Shown: piece by piece, positions 48,361 through 57,367 of the stretch
Layout: each line of letters opens with the position of its first letter
How positions within the stretch are numbered: position 1 is the stretch's first letter
Assembly: GCA_026391075.1 (NCBI GenBank)
Contig: JAPLES010000018.1
Coordinates: forward strand, 229-64,228
Direction of reading: 5' to 3'
Length of the DNA: 64,000 nucleotides
From: Bacteroidota bacterium
GTDB lineage: Bacteria; Bacteroidota; Bacteroidia; Chitinophagales; LD1
Program-made: the position numbers and the translations under genes
Notes under the pieces: model-generated
What the model was told of the DNA's origin: nothing
Databases searched by the model: none
The model's input: only the letters and a program-made list of their open reading frames with translations

Positions 48361-48396
48361 GTGTAAAAAATAAAAAGGTGAATGTAAGCCGAAGCT

Positions 48397-48735
48397 CTAT
48401 TTGCTATTTAGAAAAGTGGTAGCACTGGCTTCATCAGCATGAATAATAAAAACGCTTTCAAGTTTTGTCATCTGTAACAGTTTTTTCATTTGCTCCGGCA
48501 AACTGCACATCACCATTTCTCCTCCTGCGTTACGCACTTTAGAAACAGCGGTAAGCAGCATACCTAAACCGGTACTATTGATAAATGTCATAGTCGAAAG
48601 ATTGAAAATCACTTTCTTGTTTCCGGCTTCAATACTCTGCTTAATTAATTCCATTACTGGCGCGTTCGTGTTTTCGCCTAACAAGTTTCCTTCAATAGAA
48701 ATTACTAGCATTCCGTCTTTTAGTTCGTGTTTCAT
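48397..48735 (-). CDS. STAS-domain protein (anti-sigma-factor antagonist family)
   Basis: 112 aa. The size and the INSTGLGMLL segment (the conserved phosphorylatable Ser/Thr position) fit SpoIIAA/RsbV-like STAS proteins. Confidence 0.75.
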   Translation of the reverse strand: MKHELKDGMLVISIEGNLLGENTNAPVMELIKQSIEAGNKKVIFNLSTMTFINSTGLGMLLTAVSKVRNAGGEMVMCSLPEQMKKLLQMTKLESVFIIHADEASATTFLNSK

Positions 48736-49244
48736 ACGAGTTGATTTTTGGGGTTTGGTTTTAGTTTATTATTCGATACTTCTAATTCACGTTTCTTTAA
48801 ACAGGTTCCGCAAATGCCATACATGTTAAGAGAGTGATGGGTAATTTTAAAATTGAGCAAATCGCCCATCATGCTTTTTATCTGCTGAATCCTTGGATCG
48901 CAAAATTCAACTACTTTTTTACAATCAACACAAATGATATGGTCATGTTGTTTATAACCGTAGCTTTTTTCGTACTGCGCCAGGTTTTTTCCAAACTGAT
49001 GCTTTTTAACTAAGTCGCAACTGACTAAAAGTTCGAGGGTGTTATAAACGGTGGCGCGACTAACATTATGCTTTTGTTTTAGAATATCGGCAAAAAGTGA
49101 TTCTGCTTCAAAGTGGTCGTGGCGCGAATAAATTTCTTCGAGTATTACATAGCGCTCGTTTGTTTTGCGCAAATCTTTCCGCTCCAAGTAAGCAGAGAAA
49201 ATATTTTTTACCTCGTCAAAATTATCAGCCAGGTTTTTGTTCAC
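48732..49244 (-). CDS. fur: Fur-family metalloregulator (GTG start)
   Basis: Winged-helix RATVYNTLELL, HDHIIC, and two CxxC pairs (CVDC, CGTC). Its stop overlaps the STAS start (ATGA). Confidence 0.85.
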   Translation of the reverse strand: MNKNLADNFDEVKNIFSAYLERKDLRKTNERYVILEEIYSRHDHFEAESLFADILKQKHNVSRATVYNTLELLVSCDLVKKHQFGKNLAQYEKSYGYKQHDHIICVDCKKVVEFCDPRIQQIKSMMGDLLNFKITHHSLNMYGICGTCLKKRELEVSNNKLKPNPKNQLV

Positions 49245-49298
49245 GCTCGAAAATAAATTGAATTGTGAAATGAAGAAGAAAGGGATGTGGATAATGGC

Positions 49299-50138
49299 TT
49301 AGAAAACTTCACTCAGTTTAAACACGTCCTTTTCGCGTACACCTCTTTCTGTTTGTTGAAGCGAGCAACATTCATTTACACGGTCGTGTTCAAAAAACAA
49401 GTAGTAGTTATTAGCAGCGGCTTCTGCTAAAAACTTTTTCTTTTCATCAAGCGTAAGCAACGGTCGCGTATCATACGCCATTATGTAAGGCAACGGAATA
49501 TGCGCCATGCTCGGAAATAAATCGGCACAATAAACAAGTGTTTTATCGCCAACTTTAATATGCGGAATGAACATGGCCTCTGTATGCCCAGAAACAGTTT
49601 TCATCATTATGTTAGGATGAATTGGATTGCTTCCTTCTGCTGCAAATTTTAATTGGCCGCTTTGCTGAATGGGAAGAATATTTTCTTTCAGGAACGAAGC
49701 TTTCTCTCTATCATTTGGTTGGGTTGCCCAGTCCCAATGTTTTTCGTTACTCCAGTAAGTTGCATTCTTAAAAGCAGGAACAAGCTTCTCTTCTTCGCGC
49801 TTAATGGCACCGCCACAATGGTCGAAATGCAAATGCGAAAGCAACACATCGGTTACATCATCAAAACTAAAACCCAATTCGTGAATAGATTTTTCGAGAG
49901 AGGCATCACCATGCGGCTCGTAATGACTAAAGAATTTTTCGTTCTGCTTATTGCCAAGTCCACAATCAATTAAAATTAATTGCTTACCGTCTTCAATCAA
50001 CAGACAACGCATTTGCCAGGTGCAAAGGTTTTTTTCATCGGGCGGATTTAGCTTTTGCCAAATAGTTTTGGGAACCACACCAAACATAGCTCCTCCATCT
50101 AACTTAAAGTAACCCGTTTCAATAGTGTGAAGTTTCAT
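49299..50138 (-). CDS. MBL-fold metallo-hydrolase
   Basis: SHLHFDHCGG metal motif. 279 aa. Confidence 0.85.
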   Translation of the reverse strand: MKLHTIETGYFKLDGGAMFGVVPKTIWQKLNPPDEKNLCTWQMRCLLIEDGKQLILIDCGLGNKQNEKFFSHYEPHGDASLEKSIHELGFSFDDVTDVLLSHLHFDHCGGAIKREEEKLVPAFKNATYWSNEKHWDWATQPNDREKASFLKENILPIQQSGQLKFAAEGSNPIHPNIMMKTVSGHTEAMFIPHIKVGDKTLVYCADLFPSMAHIPLPYIMAYDTRPLLTLDEKKKFLAEAAANNYYLFFEHDRVNECCSLQQTERGVREKDVFKLSEVF

Positions 50139-50151
50139 AATTTTGATTTAT

Positions 50152-50208
50152 CACTAAGGACAAGAAGAACATTCAGATTTTTTCTTAGTGACCTTAATGT
50201 CCTTAGTG
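50152..50208 (-). terminator. hairpin region downstream of ribH with alternative pairings
   Basis: cactaaggac (50152-50161) is the exact complement of gtccttagtg (50199-50208). A second cttagtg copy at 50184-50190 could pair instead. Confidence 0.4.
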
Positions 50209-50214
50209 GTTAGT

Positions 50215-50709
50215 TTAAATTTTCTTTTTTATGTCCAACATTTTCAAAGCAGCTACAGCGCATTCTACACCTTTGTTTCCATGCTTACCACCTGCGCGAT
50301 CTTTCGCCTGCTGCATATTGTTTGGCGTAATTACACCAAAAAGAAAAGGTGCTTTGGTTTGTAAACTCAAATTCATGAGTGCTTGCGAAACCGCATTGTT
50401 AATGTAGATGTCGTGGTCGGTGTCGCCTTTTATTACACAGCCAAGAGCAAGAATAGCATCAGCTTTTTTCTTTTCATACAACCACTTTGCTGCTAGGGGA
50501 AGTTCATATGCTCCAGGAACTAATTCAACAAAAATATTTTTCTCTTTAACTCCGAATTGTTTCAAAGTTTTCAAAGCGCCATCGCGCAGCGCAAAAGTTA
50601 TTGCTTCATTATATTCAGAAACTACAATTCCTATTCTCCATTTACCTGCTGCTGTATTTTTAATGGACGGCAGTTTATGTTCTGAAAGGTTTTTATTTTT
50701 TGAAGACAT
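50215..50709 (-). CDS. ribH: 6,7-dimethyl-8-ribityllumazine synthase
   Basis: 164 aa. VPGAYELP, LGCVIKGDTDH and ITPNN fit the RibH pattern. Confidence 0.93.
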   Translation of the reverse strand: MSSKNKNLSEHKLPSIKNTAAGKWRIGIVVSEYNEAITFALRDGALKTLKQFGVKEKNIFVELVPGAYELPLAAKWLYEKKKADAILALGCVIKGDTDHDIYINNAVSQALMNLSLQTKAPFLFGVITPNNMQQAKDRAGGKHGNKGVECAVAALKMLDIKKKI

Positions 50710-50760
50710 GCTGTTTTATTTTTTCCGAAACTTAGTTTTTGTTTTTGAAACGGGGCAAAT

Positions 50761-50801
50761 AGAAATAAAAACAGCCGCATCTTTTAAAAGCATGCGGCTG
50801 T
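50761..50801 (-). terminator. rho-independent terminator after the 320-aa lipoprotein gene
   Basis: Perfect 10-bp stem acagccgcat / atgcggctgt, followed on the minus strand by a U-rich tract. Confidence 0.8.
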
Positions 50802-50820
50802 TTTGTTCAAACAAGTTAAT

Positions 50821-51783
50821 TTAGAAATAAGGTATCACTACATTTCCGGTGGCAGTACCACTATTATAGTTCCACTCCAGTTTATATCCATAACCACCGC
50901 ATGAGGTACTAACTACATTGCCTTCTTGGTCAACGCTGGCTGTTGCGGTAATAGAGAAGTTAGCAGTTGTACTGATGTATTTTCCTTGTGTTGGTCTCCA
51001 CCAACCGCAGTCAGTTCCCGATTTCCACGGAGTAATCATCTCTGTTTTAAACTGTGTTCCGAAACGACTTGTTCCCCATGAATCAATTTTTTTTCCGTCC
51101 ATCAATGTATCGGCTTCAACGGTAGCAGTAAAGTGCGTGTAACCCGTAATTGCCCATGTAGTAAGCCGCGCAGAATTCCAAGAATCGGTTGAATCATTTT
51201 CAAAAGTAACAGTCGTATTGTTTGTGCGTTCTTTAATAGTCGCGGAAATATTACCTCCATTGAAAACATAAGTTAACCAGTCAAAACCAGTAACGTTAGT
51301 AAGGTATTTAACCCCATTAAAAGTAAGGAAGTGGTTGTTCAAATTGACAAAAGTTACTTTGTAAGCAATGTGTGTTATTTTCAAAACTGCTCCCAAATCA
51401 CTCCATCTGTTTCCATTTATTAATTCAATTTTTACATCCCCGCCCCGAATTCTTGCTGGATTGCCACAAGCAGTCGTTCCGTCAAAATGAATAATAATTG
51501 TTTTGGGACTTCCGTTCTGTTGAGAGCTATCGATAGTCGCACCGCAAATGCTGATTGCCGCGTTCGTTTCATCTGTTTTGCCAGTTCCTGTTATTCCATT
51601 TAACACAGTATTTACATCTGTATTCACGTTATCCGATTCCGATTTTGTGTTCGAAACATCTTCATTATGCTGTTTTGCATTTGGGTCTGCTGTTCCTGTT
51701 TCTTTCTTCTTACAAGATGTAAAAACGAATACACAAGCCAACACCATGATGCACATGGATAGAAATTGATTTTTGTTTTTCAT
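50821..51783 (-). CDS. lipoprotein of unknown function (320 aa)
   Basis: Lipobox VFVFTSC, a low-complexity Asn/Thr/Asp linker, then a beta-rich domain. Confidence 0.6.
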   Translation of the reverse strand: MKNKNQFLSMCIMVLACVFVFTSCKKKETGTADPNAKQHNEDVSNTKSESDNVNTDVNTVLNGITGTGKTDETNAAISICGATIDSSQQNGSPKTIIIHFDGTTACGNPARIRGGDVKIELINGNRWSDLGAVLKITHIAYKVTFVNLNNHFLTFNGVKYLTNVTGFDWLTYVFNGGNISATIKERTNNTTVTFENDSTDSWNSARLTTWAITGYTHFTATVEADTLMDGKKIDSWGTSRFGTQFKTEMITPWKSGTDCGWWRPTQGKYISTTANFSITATASVDQEGNVVSTSCGGYGYKLEWNYNSGTATGNVVIPYF

Positions 51784-51876
51784 AAAATGGATTTTTAAAA
51801 GGGTTGAAAATTTAAGTTCTGCTTTTATAACGTGCTAAGCTTTGTTTTTAGTATGCGCAAATCTTATAAAAAAATA

Positions 51877-53178
51877 TTAAAGCATAGGTGTGTCAATGAA
51901 AATACGAACGTTTCCGTGCGCGTCTTTACTCTGTTCTTTCATCCGTTCAAACATCTCGGGGCGGTCGTAAATGGCAAAGTAAACGAAGGGGTCGTAGATT
52001 AAACTCTTCTTTGCTTCAAAGTGAGGGTCACCTTCATGTGCATTGAGCACAGTAACTAAGTTGCCATGTTCTTTTCTAAAACGGAAAGCACCGCCTTTAG
52101 TCAACTGCCTTACATTTTTTTCATCGCCAACTAAAAGAGTGATGTAAAGAATTCTATCAATAATTTGAAGGTTATCAATCATCTTAAAAAATCCTTTCGG
52201 GTTCTGAAGTTTCAAATGCAGGTAATCGGCCCAATTGATAAAAAATCCTGCAGCAGCTATATTTCCGTTGGCATCGGGAAGCATATAAATTTTACTGGTT
52301 GGCGAAGAGCCGAGAATACGCTTCACCAAGTTGAAGAAGTTTTCTTCGCTGTGCATTTGATTGAAAACATAATTCTGGCGCGATGCAGCAATTTTTTGGT
52401 AGTATTCTTTCAATCGCTTTTCATCTTTCGAAATATCAATCAGTTTTTTCGAAGCACTTCGGCTATCAAAAAGCAAATTTATGTGCGTGTTGTTGCGCAT
52501 CGGAAATGTCTCATATAATTTGCCCGTGCGTTCACTGTTCATCTTCAAGGCATCTAAAATTCCCTGGTTCTCGCGACCCATGTTGGCGTAAACAAAATGG
52601 TAATCGTTCACGGTTACTAAATCGAGCAACACACTAAACATGGTTGTAAAAATTCTCTTTCTGCGATAAATGGCTTCCCCCCCTACTGTAGCTTCACTCA
52701 TACGAAGCACATTATAGTAGTAGCCATTTCGTATTTCGCCATCTGCATCTTTAAAGTTGATGATGTTGGCGTGTATGTAGCCAATCATATTATAGTCCTG
52801 CAAACCTTGCTCGTTTATTTTTCCTAGTGGGTGTAGAATCACCACCACCACAGCATCATCAAAAAAATTGGTAACCGAATCAGGAAATTTGTGGAAGTAA
52901 CTCATGAAGGTGAGTTTACCTTCGCCTTTTTCGTTTACATGTTTTTCAGGAACGCTCACTACTTCTTTGCACTCACTATAAAAGTAAGCAGCATCATCGC
53001 GTAACTTAAAATTTTTGAGCACTGGATTAATGTCTTCCAGCATTTTTATTGGGAACGCAAGCAGCACCAAATCTTGTTCAAATTTATCATCGCACTCGAG
53101 CGGGCGTTGCATGTATTCGATTGCTCCCGTGGTTTCATTCTTTCCGGTGATGTAGTAGTAGTGTCTCTGTTTACTCAT
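51877..53178 (-). CDS. hypothetical soluble protein (433 aa), directly downstream of the Spt-like gene
   Basis: Long clean ORF with no signal peptide or TM segment. I recognise no catalytic motif. Confidence 0.6.
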   Translation of the reverse strand: MSKQRHYYYITGKNETTGAIEYMQRPLECDDKFEQDLVLLAFPIKMLEDINPVLKNFKLRDDAAYFYSECKEVVSVPEKHVNEKGEGKLTFMSYFHKFPDSVTNFFDDAVVVVILHPLGKINEQGLQDYNMIGYIHANIINFKDADGEIRNGYYYNVLRMSEATVGGEAIYRRKRIFTTMFSVLLDLVTVNDYHFVYANMGRENQGILDALKMNSERTGKLYETFPMRNNTHINLLFDSRSASKKLIDISKDEKRLKEYYQKIAASRQNYVFNQMHSEENFFNLVKRILGSSPTSKIYMLPDANGNIAAAGFFINWADYLHLKLQNPKGFFKMIDNLQIIDRILYITLLVGDEKNVRQLTKGGAFRFRKEHGNLVTVLNAHEGDPHFEAKKSLIYDPFVYFAIYDRPEMFERMKEQSKDAHGNVRIFIDTPML

Positions 53179-53268
53179 AGCGTTAAAGTTGCGGGTTTCG
53201 GGTTAACGGTTACGCATTGTTTGTTTCAAGTTAAGGTTGACTTGGTTTCACTATTCATTCTGAAATTT

Positions 53269-54483
53269 TCAATGCAAAACCGGTGCATCTTTGTGAAGTA
53301 AATCCAACTGCTTTCCAACCTTTACAAATTTTTCAATAATAAAGTCAAGGTGTTTGTCTTCGTGACTAGCCATATAACTAGTGCGTAGCATTTGCATACC
53401 GGGTGGAGTAGCCGGAGAAATAAATGCGTTTACAAAAACTCCTTCATCGTAAAGCATTTTCCAAATGGTAAATGTTTTTTCATCGTCCCCAATAATAACC
53501 GGAACGATTGCCGCTTCGCCATCAATTACGTGATAGCCTGCTTCGCGCAAACCTTTGCGAACACGGTCAGCATTTTTGCGAACGCGTGTTGAAAGTTCAG
53601 GTTGTTCAATCAAAATATCCAATGCTGCACTGGCTGCTGCCACACTTGCAGGAGTAGGTGATGCAGAAAAAATAAGAGCCGGTGATTTGTGTTTCAAATA
53701 ATTGATAACGCGTTCATCGCCCACCACAAATCCTCCAATAGAAGCAAGTGTTTTGCTGAATGTACAAACAATTAAGTCCACATCATTTTCAGCACCGAAA
53801 TGATGAACCGTTCCTTTACCGTTTGGACCAAGCACACCAAAACCGTGTGCATCATCTACTAAGGTTTGGGCTTTATATTTCTTCGCCAGTTCAACAATGC
53901 CTTTTATATCTACTACCAAACCGTGTGCACTGAACACACCATCGGTAACAATCAACTTGTTTGCTCCCTCAGGAATTTTTTGAAGGCGACTTTCCAAATC
54001 CTTCATGTCGTTATGCTTGTAGCGAACAATATGTGCACCTACAGCACTGCTCATTAAGTTTCCTGCAACAATACTTGCATGATTGTCTTTATCGCTCAAA
54101 ATATAATCGCCTTTACTAACAAGCGGAAAGATAACGCCCTGCCCGGCTTGAAAGCCCGTGCTGAAAAGTAGCGCAGCTTCTTTGCCCAAGAATTTGGCAA
54201 TTTTATTTTCCATTTCAATGTGCAAATCAATTGTGCCCGTGAGAAAACGCGAGCCGGAACAACTGCTCCCGTATTTTTCAAGAGCCGCAATAGCCGCTTC
54301 TTTTACGCTTGGATGTGAAGTAAGACCGAGATAATTATTGCTCCCTGCCATTACAACCTTACGACCTTCCATGCGCACCACCGGACCTTCGCTTTCTTGT
54401 ATGGGTCGGAAGTAGGGATAAATGCCTTTGCCTTTTGCAATATCTGCTGAGTTATAATCGTAACATTTTTCGAAAAGCCCCAT
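53269..54483 (-). CDS. alpha-oxoamine synthase, serine palmitoyltransferase-like (Spt, or the cysteate-acyltransferase SulA/CapB clade)
   Basis: SNNYLGL, DKDNHASI, DDAHGFG, PLP-Lys CTFSKTLASIGGF, and the C-terminal ISPATPPGMQMLRTSYMASH. The last block resembles the PPATPxG..LR block of bacterial Spt rather than the KBL or BioF equivalents. Confidence 0.8.
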   Translation of the reverse strand: MGLFEKCYDYNSADIAKGKGIYPYFRPIQESEGPVVRMEGRKVVMAGSNNYLGLTSHPSVKEAAIAALEKYGSSCSGSRFLTGTIDLHIEMENKIAKFLGKEAALLFSTGFQAGQGVIFPLVSKGDYILSDKDNHASIVAGNLMSSAVGAHIVRYKHNDMKDLESRLQKIPEGANKLIVTDGVFSAHGLVVDIKGIVELAKKYKAQTLVDDAHGFGVLGPNGKGTVHHFGAENDVDLIVCTFSKTLASIGGFVVGDERVINYLKHKSPALIFSASPTPASVAAASAALDILIEQPELSTRVRKNADRVRKGLREAGYHVIDGEAAIVPVIIGDDEKTFTIWKMLYDEGVFVNAFISPATPPGMQMLRTSYMASHEDKHLDFIIEKFVKVGKQLDLLHKDAPVLH

Positions 54484-54637
54484 AGAGATTTTTTCGTGAA
54501 GAAATCACTTGCCGAACTTACGTTTCTTCAACTTTGTTGATTGAAGAAAACTGGTTTCAGATGTGTCGGGGTCAAAAATGAAAAAAATAGAGAACTTTTC
54601 GCTACTATAATCAGCGCGGAGGAGTTTTGTTGATAAA

Positions 54638-55459
54638 TTAAAAACTCAACCCAATTCGTGCACCAACGGCCACTTGAGAATAATTGCTTTGAGGTGAAAC
54701 AACCGAAGGTTGCCAACTTAAATGAATGTCGTCTTTCATATTCCATTCAAATAGATGTGCGTCAACAGCCGCGTCAATAATATTGAGTGCGTACCAAACA
54801 CCGGTAAAAATGCAAACCAAATCCCTGTTTCGTTTGTAGTAATCTCGATAAGTTTTAAGGGTAGCATCATCATCAACACCTTTATAACTTCCGTAAGTAT
54901 TAGGGTCTTCATCCACTTGCAATCGGTAGGCGTTTCGGTAGCCCGTAAAATCTTTAGACAAAGCATAAATGCCATAACTGAATCCACCTATGCCCGCATA
55001 AATAATTGGAATTTTCCAATACTTGCGATTATACGCCTGACCCAAACCGGGCAACGCCATGGAGAACAAAGCGGCATACAAAGGATTGTGTCTTCGCAAT
55101 TTTTTATCGCCACTAATCGTGGAATCGTTCAAAGCTTTTGCACTGTTCCAATAGAATTTTTTAGGAGGATGCATGGTTGGTGCTGCAAACGGATGCATAG
55201 TATCATTCTTTTGCAAGCTTGTACTTCTTTCGGTGAAACGCGATTTCTTTTTGGCAAGATTCAATAAAGTATCTCCACTTGGGTGTGCTGTTACTGAAAT
55301 ATTTTTTGAAGTATCAAGAACAATAGAATCAACTACAGTTTGTGAAAAGCTTTCAATGGGAAAGAATGCAGAAGCGAAAAAAAACAGAAAATATTTTTGC
55401 CGCGAAAAAAACCGACAAACACAAAACAACTTATAGAAAACGGTTTTACGGTCTGTCAT
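54638..55459 (-). CDS. DUF5683-like membrane protein
   Basis: SMALPGLGQAYNRKYWKIPIIYAGIGG. It follows parB by 12 nt, the position this family usually occupies in Bacteroidota. Confidence 0.7.
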   Translation of the reverse strand: MTDRKTVFYKLFCVCRFFSRQKYFLFFFASAFFPIESFSQTVVDSIVLDTSKNISVTAHPSGDTLLNLAKKKSRFTERSTSLQKNDTMHPFAAPTMHPPKKFYWNSAKALNDSTISGDKKLRRHNPLYAALFSMALPGLGQAYNRKYWKIPIIYAGIGGFSYGIYALSKDFTGYRNAYRLQVDEDPNTYGSYKGVDDDATLKTYRDYYKRNRDLVCIFTGVWYALNIIDAAVDAHLFEWNMKDDIHLSWQPSVVSPQSNYSQVAVGARIGLSF

Positions 55460-55471
55460 TGAAGCAGTAAT

Positions 55472-56377
55472 CTATTTCTGAATGGTTTCTACCAATCTTT
55501 CTAAATCATCATTGTTATAAAAGCGAATAATGATATCTCCCTTGCCGTCTTCGTGGCGGTTGATAATCACTTTTGTTCCAAGCGAAGTAACCAATTGGTC
55601 TTGCATCTTCTTCACTGTAATAGGCAACGTTGGAATTTTAGAAACTATCGAAGAATTGCGTTTCGGTTTTTCAGTATACCCTTTCACTAATTCTTCCACT
55701 TGACGAACGCTCATACCTTTGCTCACTACTTCTTTATATGCACTCAAAAGCAAAAGAGGATTATCAATTGCCATTAACGCCTTTGCGTGACCCATTGCAA
55801 TTTTGTTATCGCGCAAAGCCGCCTGAATATCGGGTGGTAATTTCAACAAGCGAAGAAAATTGGTCACCGTACTTCTGTTTTTGCCGAGACGTTCAGCTAA
55901 TTGCTCTTGCGTTAAATCACATTCTTCTTGTAATCTTTTATAGTTGATAGAAATTTCAAGCGGGTTCAAATCTTCGCGCTGTATATTTTCTATCAAAGCA
56001 ATTTCGATACTCTCCTGGTCGCTGGCATTGCGTACGTAAGCAGGAATTTCTTTTTTACCAGCCAATTTAGATGCGCGTAATCTTCTTTCACCGGCTATCA
56101 ATTGAAATTTATTGTTCTCTGCTTTGCGAACTGTAATCGGTTGAATTACTCCGTGAATTTTAATTGAATCAGAAAGTTCATTCAAACTTTCGGGTTCAAA
56201 AGTAGTGCGCGGCTGAAACGGATTCACTTCAATATTCTCCAATGGAATATTCATAACCACAGCAGCTTGCGTGGAATGCTCATTTCCAAATTTTTCTTTC
56301 CCTCTATCGGTGGTGTCGTTGGCTTCAAGCAGCGCGCTCAATCCGCGCCCGAGTACACTTTTCTTTTTATCGCTCAT
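55472..56377 (-). CDS. parB: chromosome partitioning protein ParB
   Basis: GRGLSALL, IAGERRLRASKLAG, and the HTH QEQLAERLGKNRSTVTNFLRLL. Start preferred at MSDKKK (56377). Confidence 0.93.
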   Translation of the reverse strand: MSDKKKSVLGRGLSALLEANDTTDRGKEKFGNEHSTQAAVVMNIPLENIEVNPFQPRTTFEPESLNELSDSIKIHGVIQPITVRKAENNKFQLIAGERRLRASKLAGKKEIPAYVRNASDQESIEIALIENIQREDLNPLEISINYKRLQEECDLTQEQLAERLGKNRSTVTNFLRLLKLPPDIQAALRDNKIAMGHAKALMAIDNPLLLLSAYKEVVSKGMSVRQVEELVKGYTEKPKRNSSIVSKIPTLPITVKKMQDQLVTSLGTKVIINRHEDGKGDIIIRFYNNDDLERLVETIQK

Positions 56378-56454
56378 AATATTTTTAGATGAAGAAACCG
56401 AATGGTAGTTCAACACATTCGGTTTCAGTTTTATTGGTTGCCAATTTTCTGTTC

Positions 56455-57327
56455 TTAATTCAACGAAGTAGGGTCCTCAGCTTCGGGCACTAAATTAAAT
56501 TCTTTAGCCGCTTCGGGAATATTGGTCGCATTATTTCGCTGCAACATTTCGCGCACCAAACTCATATAGTTAATGCTGCCTTTGCTTTCGGCATCATACA
56601 TAATGGCAGGTTTGCCAAAACTTGGAGCTTCGCCTAAACGAGTGTTGCGATGAATGATAGTTTCGTAAACAATTGTTTCAAAATGTCTGCGAACTTCATC
56701 TACTACCTGATTTGCTAAACGCAAACGTGGGTCATACATCGTCAATAACATTCCTTCAATTTCTAAATTCGGATTCAAACGGCTTTGAACAATCTTAATA
56801 GTGTTCAACAATTTTCCTAATCCTTCCAACGCAAAATATTCGCACTGTACAGGAATCAAAACCGAACTTGCAGCAGTAAGCGCATTCACGGTAATTAAAC
56901 CAAGCGATGGCGAACAGTCAATAATGATGAAATCGTAATCCTTACGAATTTCTTCAAGTACGCGTTTCATTATTTGATCCCGATTCGGCTGATTGATTAA
57001 TTCAATTTCGGCACCCACCAAATCTAAATGAGCAGGAAGCAAATACAAATTAGGTGTAGCTGTTTCTAAAATAATATCGCGTGCTTTTACATCGTTCACT
57101 AAGCATTCATAAATACTTGTCTTAATCGCTTTCGGGTCGAAGCCAACACCCGAAGTTGCATTAGCTTGTGGATCGGCATCAACCAATAATGTTTTGTATT
57201 CAAACACGGCTAGCGAAGCTGCAATGTTTATGGCTGAAGTTGTTTTTCCCACACCGCCTTTTTGATTGGCAAGCGTAATAATTTTGCCAATGCGTTCTTT
57301 TTTTACAATTTTCTTTTTTGCGGTCAT
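56455..57327 (-). CDS. parA: chromosome partitioning ATPase ParA/Soj
   Basis: Deviant Walker A NQKGGVGKTT and IIIDCSPSLG. About 30 extra C-terminal residues. Confidence 0.93.
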   Translation of the reverse strand: MTAKKKIVKKERIGKIITLANQKGGVGKTTSAINIAASLAVFEYKTLLVDADPQANATSGVGFDPKAIKTSIYECLVNDVKARDIILETATPNLYLLPAHLDLVGAEIELINQPNRDQIMKRVLEEIRKDYDFIIIDCSPSLGLITVNALTAASSVLIPVQCEYFALEGLGKLLNTIKIVQSRLNPNLEIEGMLLTMYDPRLRLANQVVDEVRRHFETIVYETIIHRNTRLGEAPSFGKPAIMYDAESKGSINYMSLVREMLQRNNATNIPEAAKEFNLVPEAEDPTSLN

Positions 57328-57367
57328 GGTATTATTTAATGAATGATGATTTATGTTTAGAACGTTC

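Noticed and set aside
49286-49294. A perfect DnaA box, TGTGGATAA, in the Fur/MBL intergenic region. Together with gyrA, parAB and the box pair at 33531, it hinted at oriC.
   Set aside because: A single 9-mer is expected by chance about 0.5 times in 64 kb on both strands. There is no cluster of 3 or more boxes, no adjacent AT-rich unwinding element and no dnaA or dnaN nearby. oriC is not supported here.
50710-50820. Riboswitch candidates: FMN upstream of ribH, SAM upstream of the trans-sulfuration gene (2334-2404) and a T-box or leader upstream of thrS.
   Set aside because: The spacers are too short (70-115 nt). They are occupied by a terminator of the upstream gene or lack the conserved cores, such as the FMN element AGGAUAGU..GGUG-type segments or SAM-I helices.
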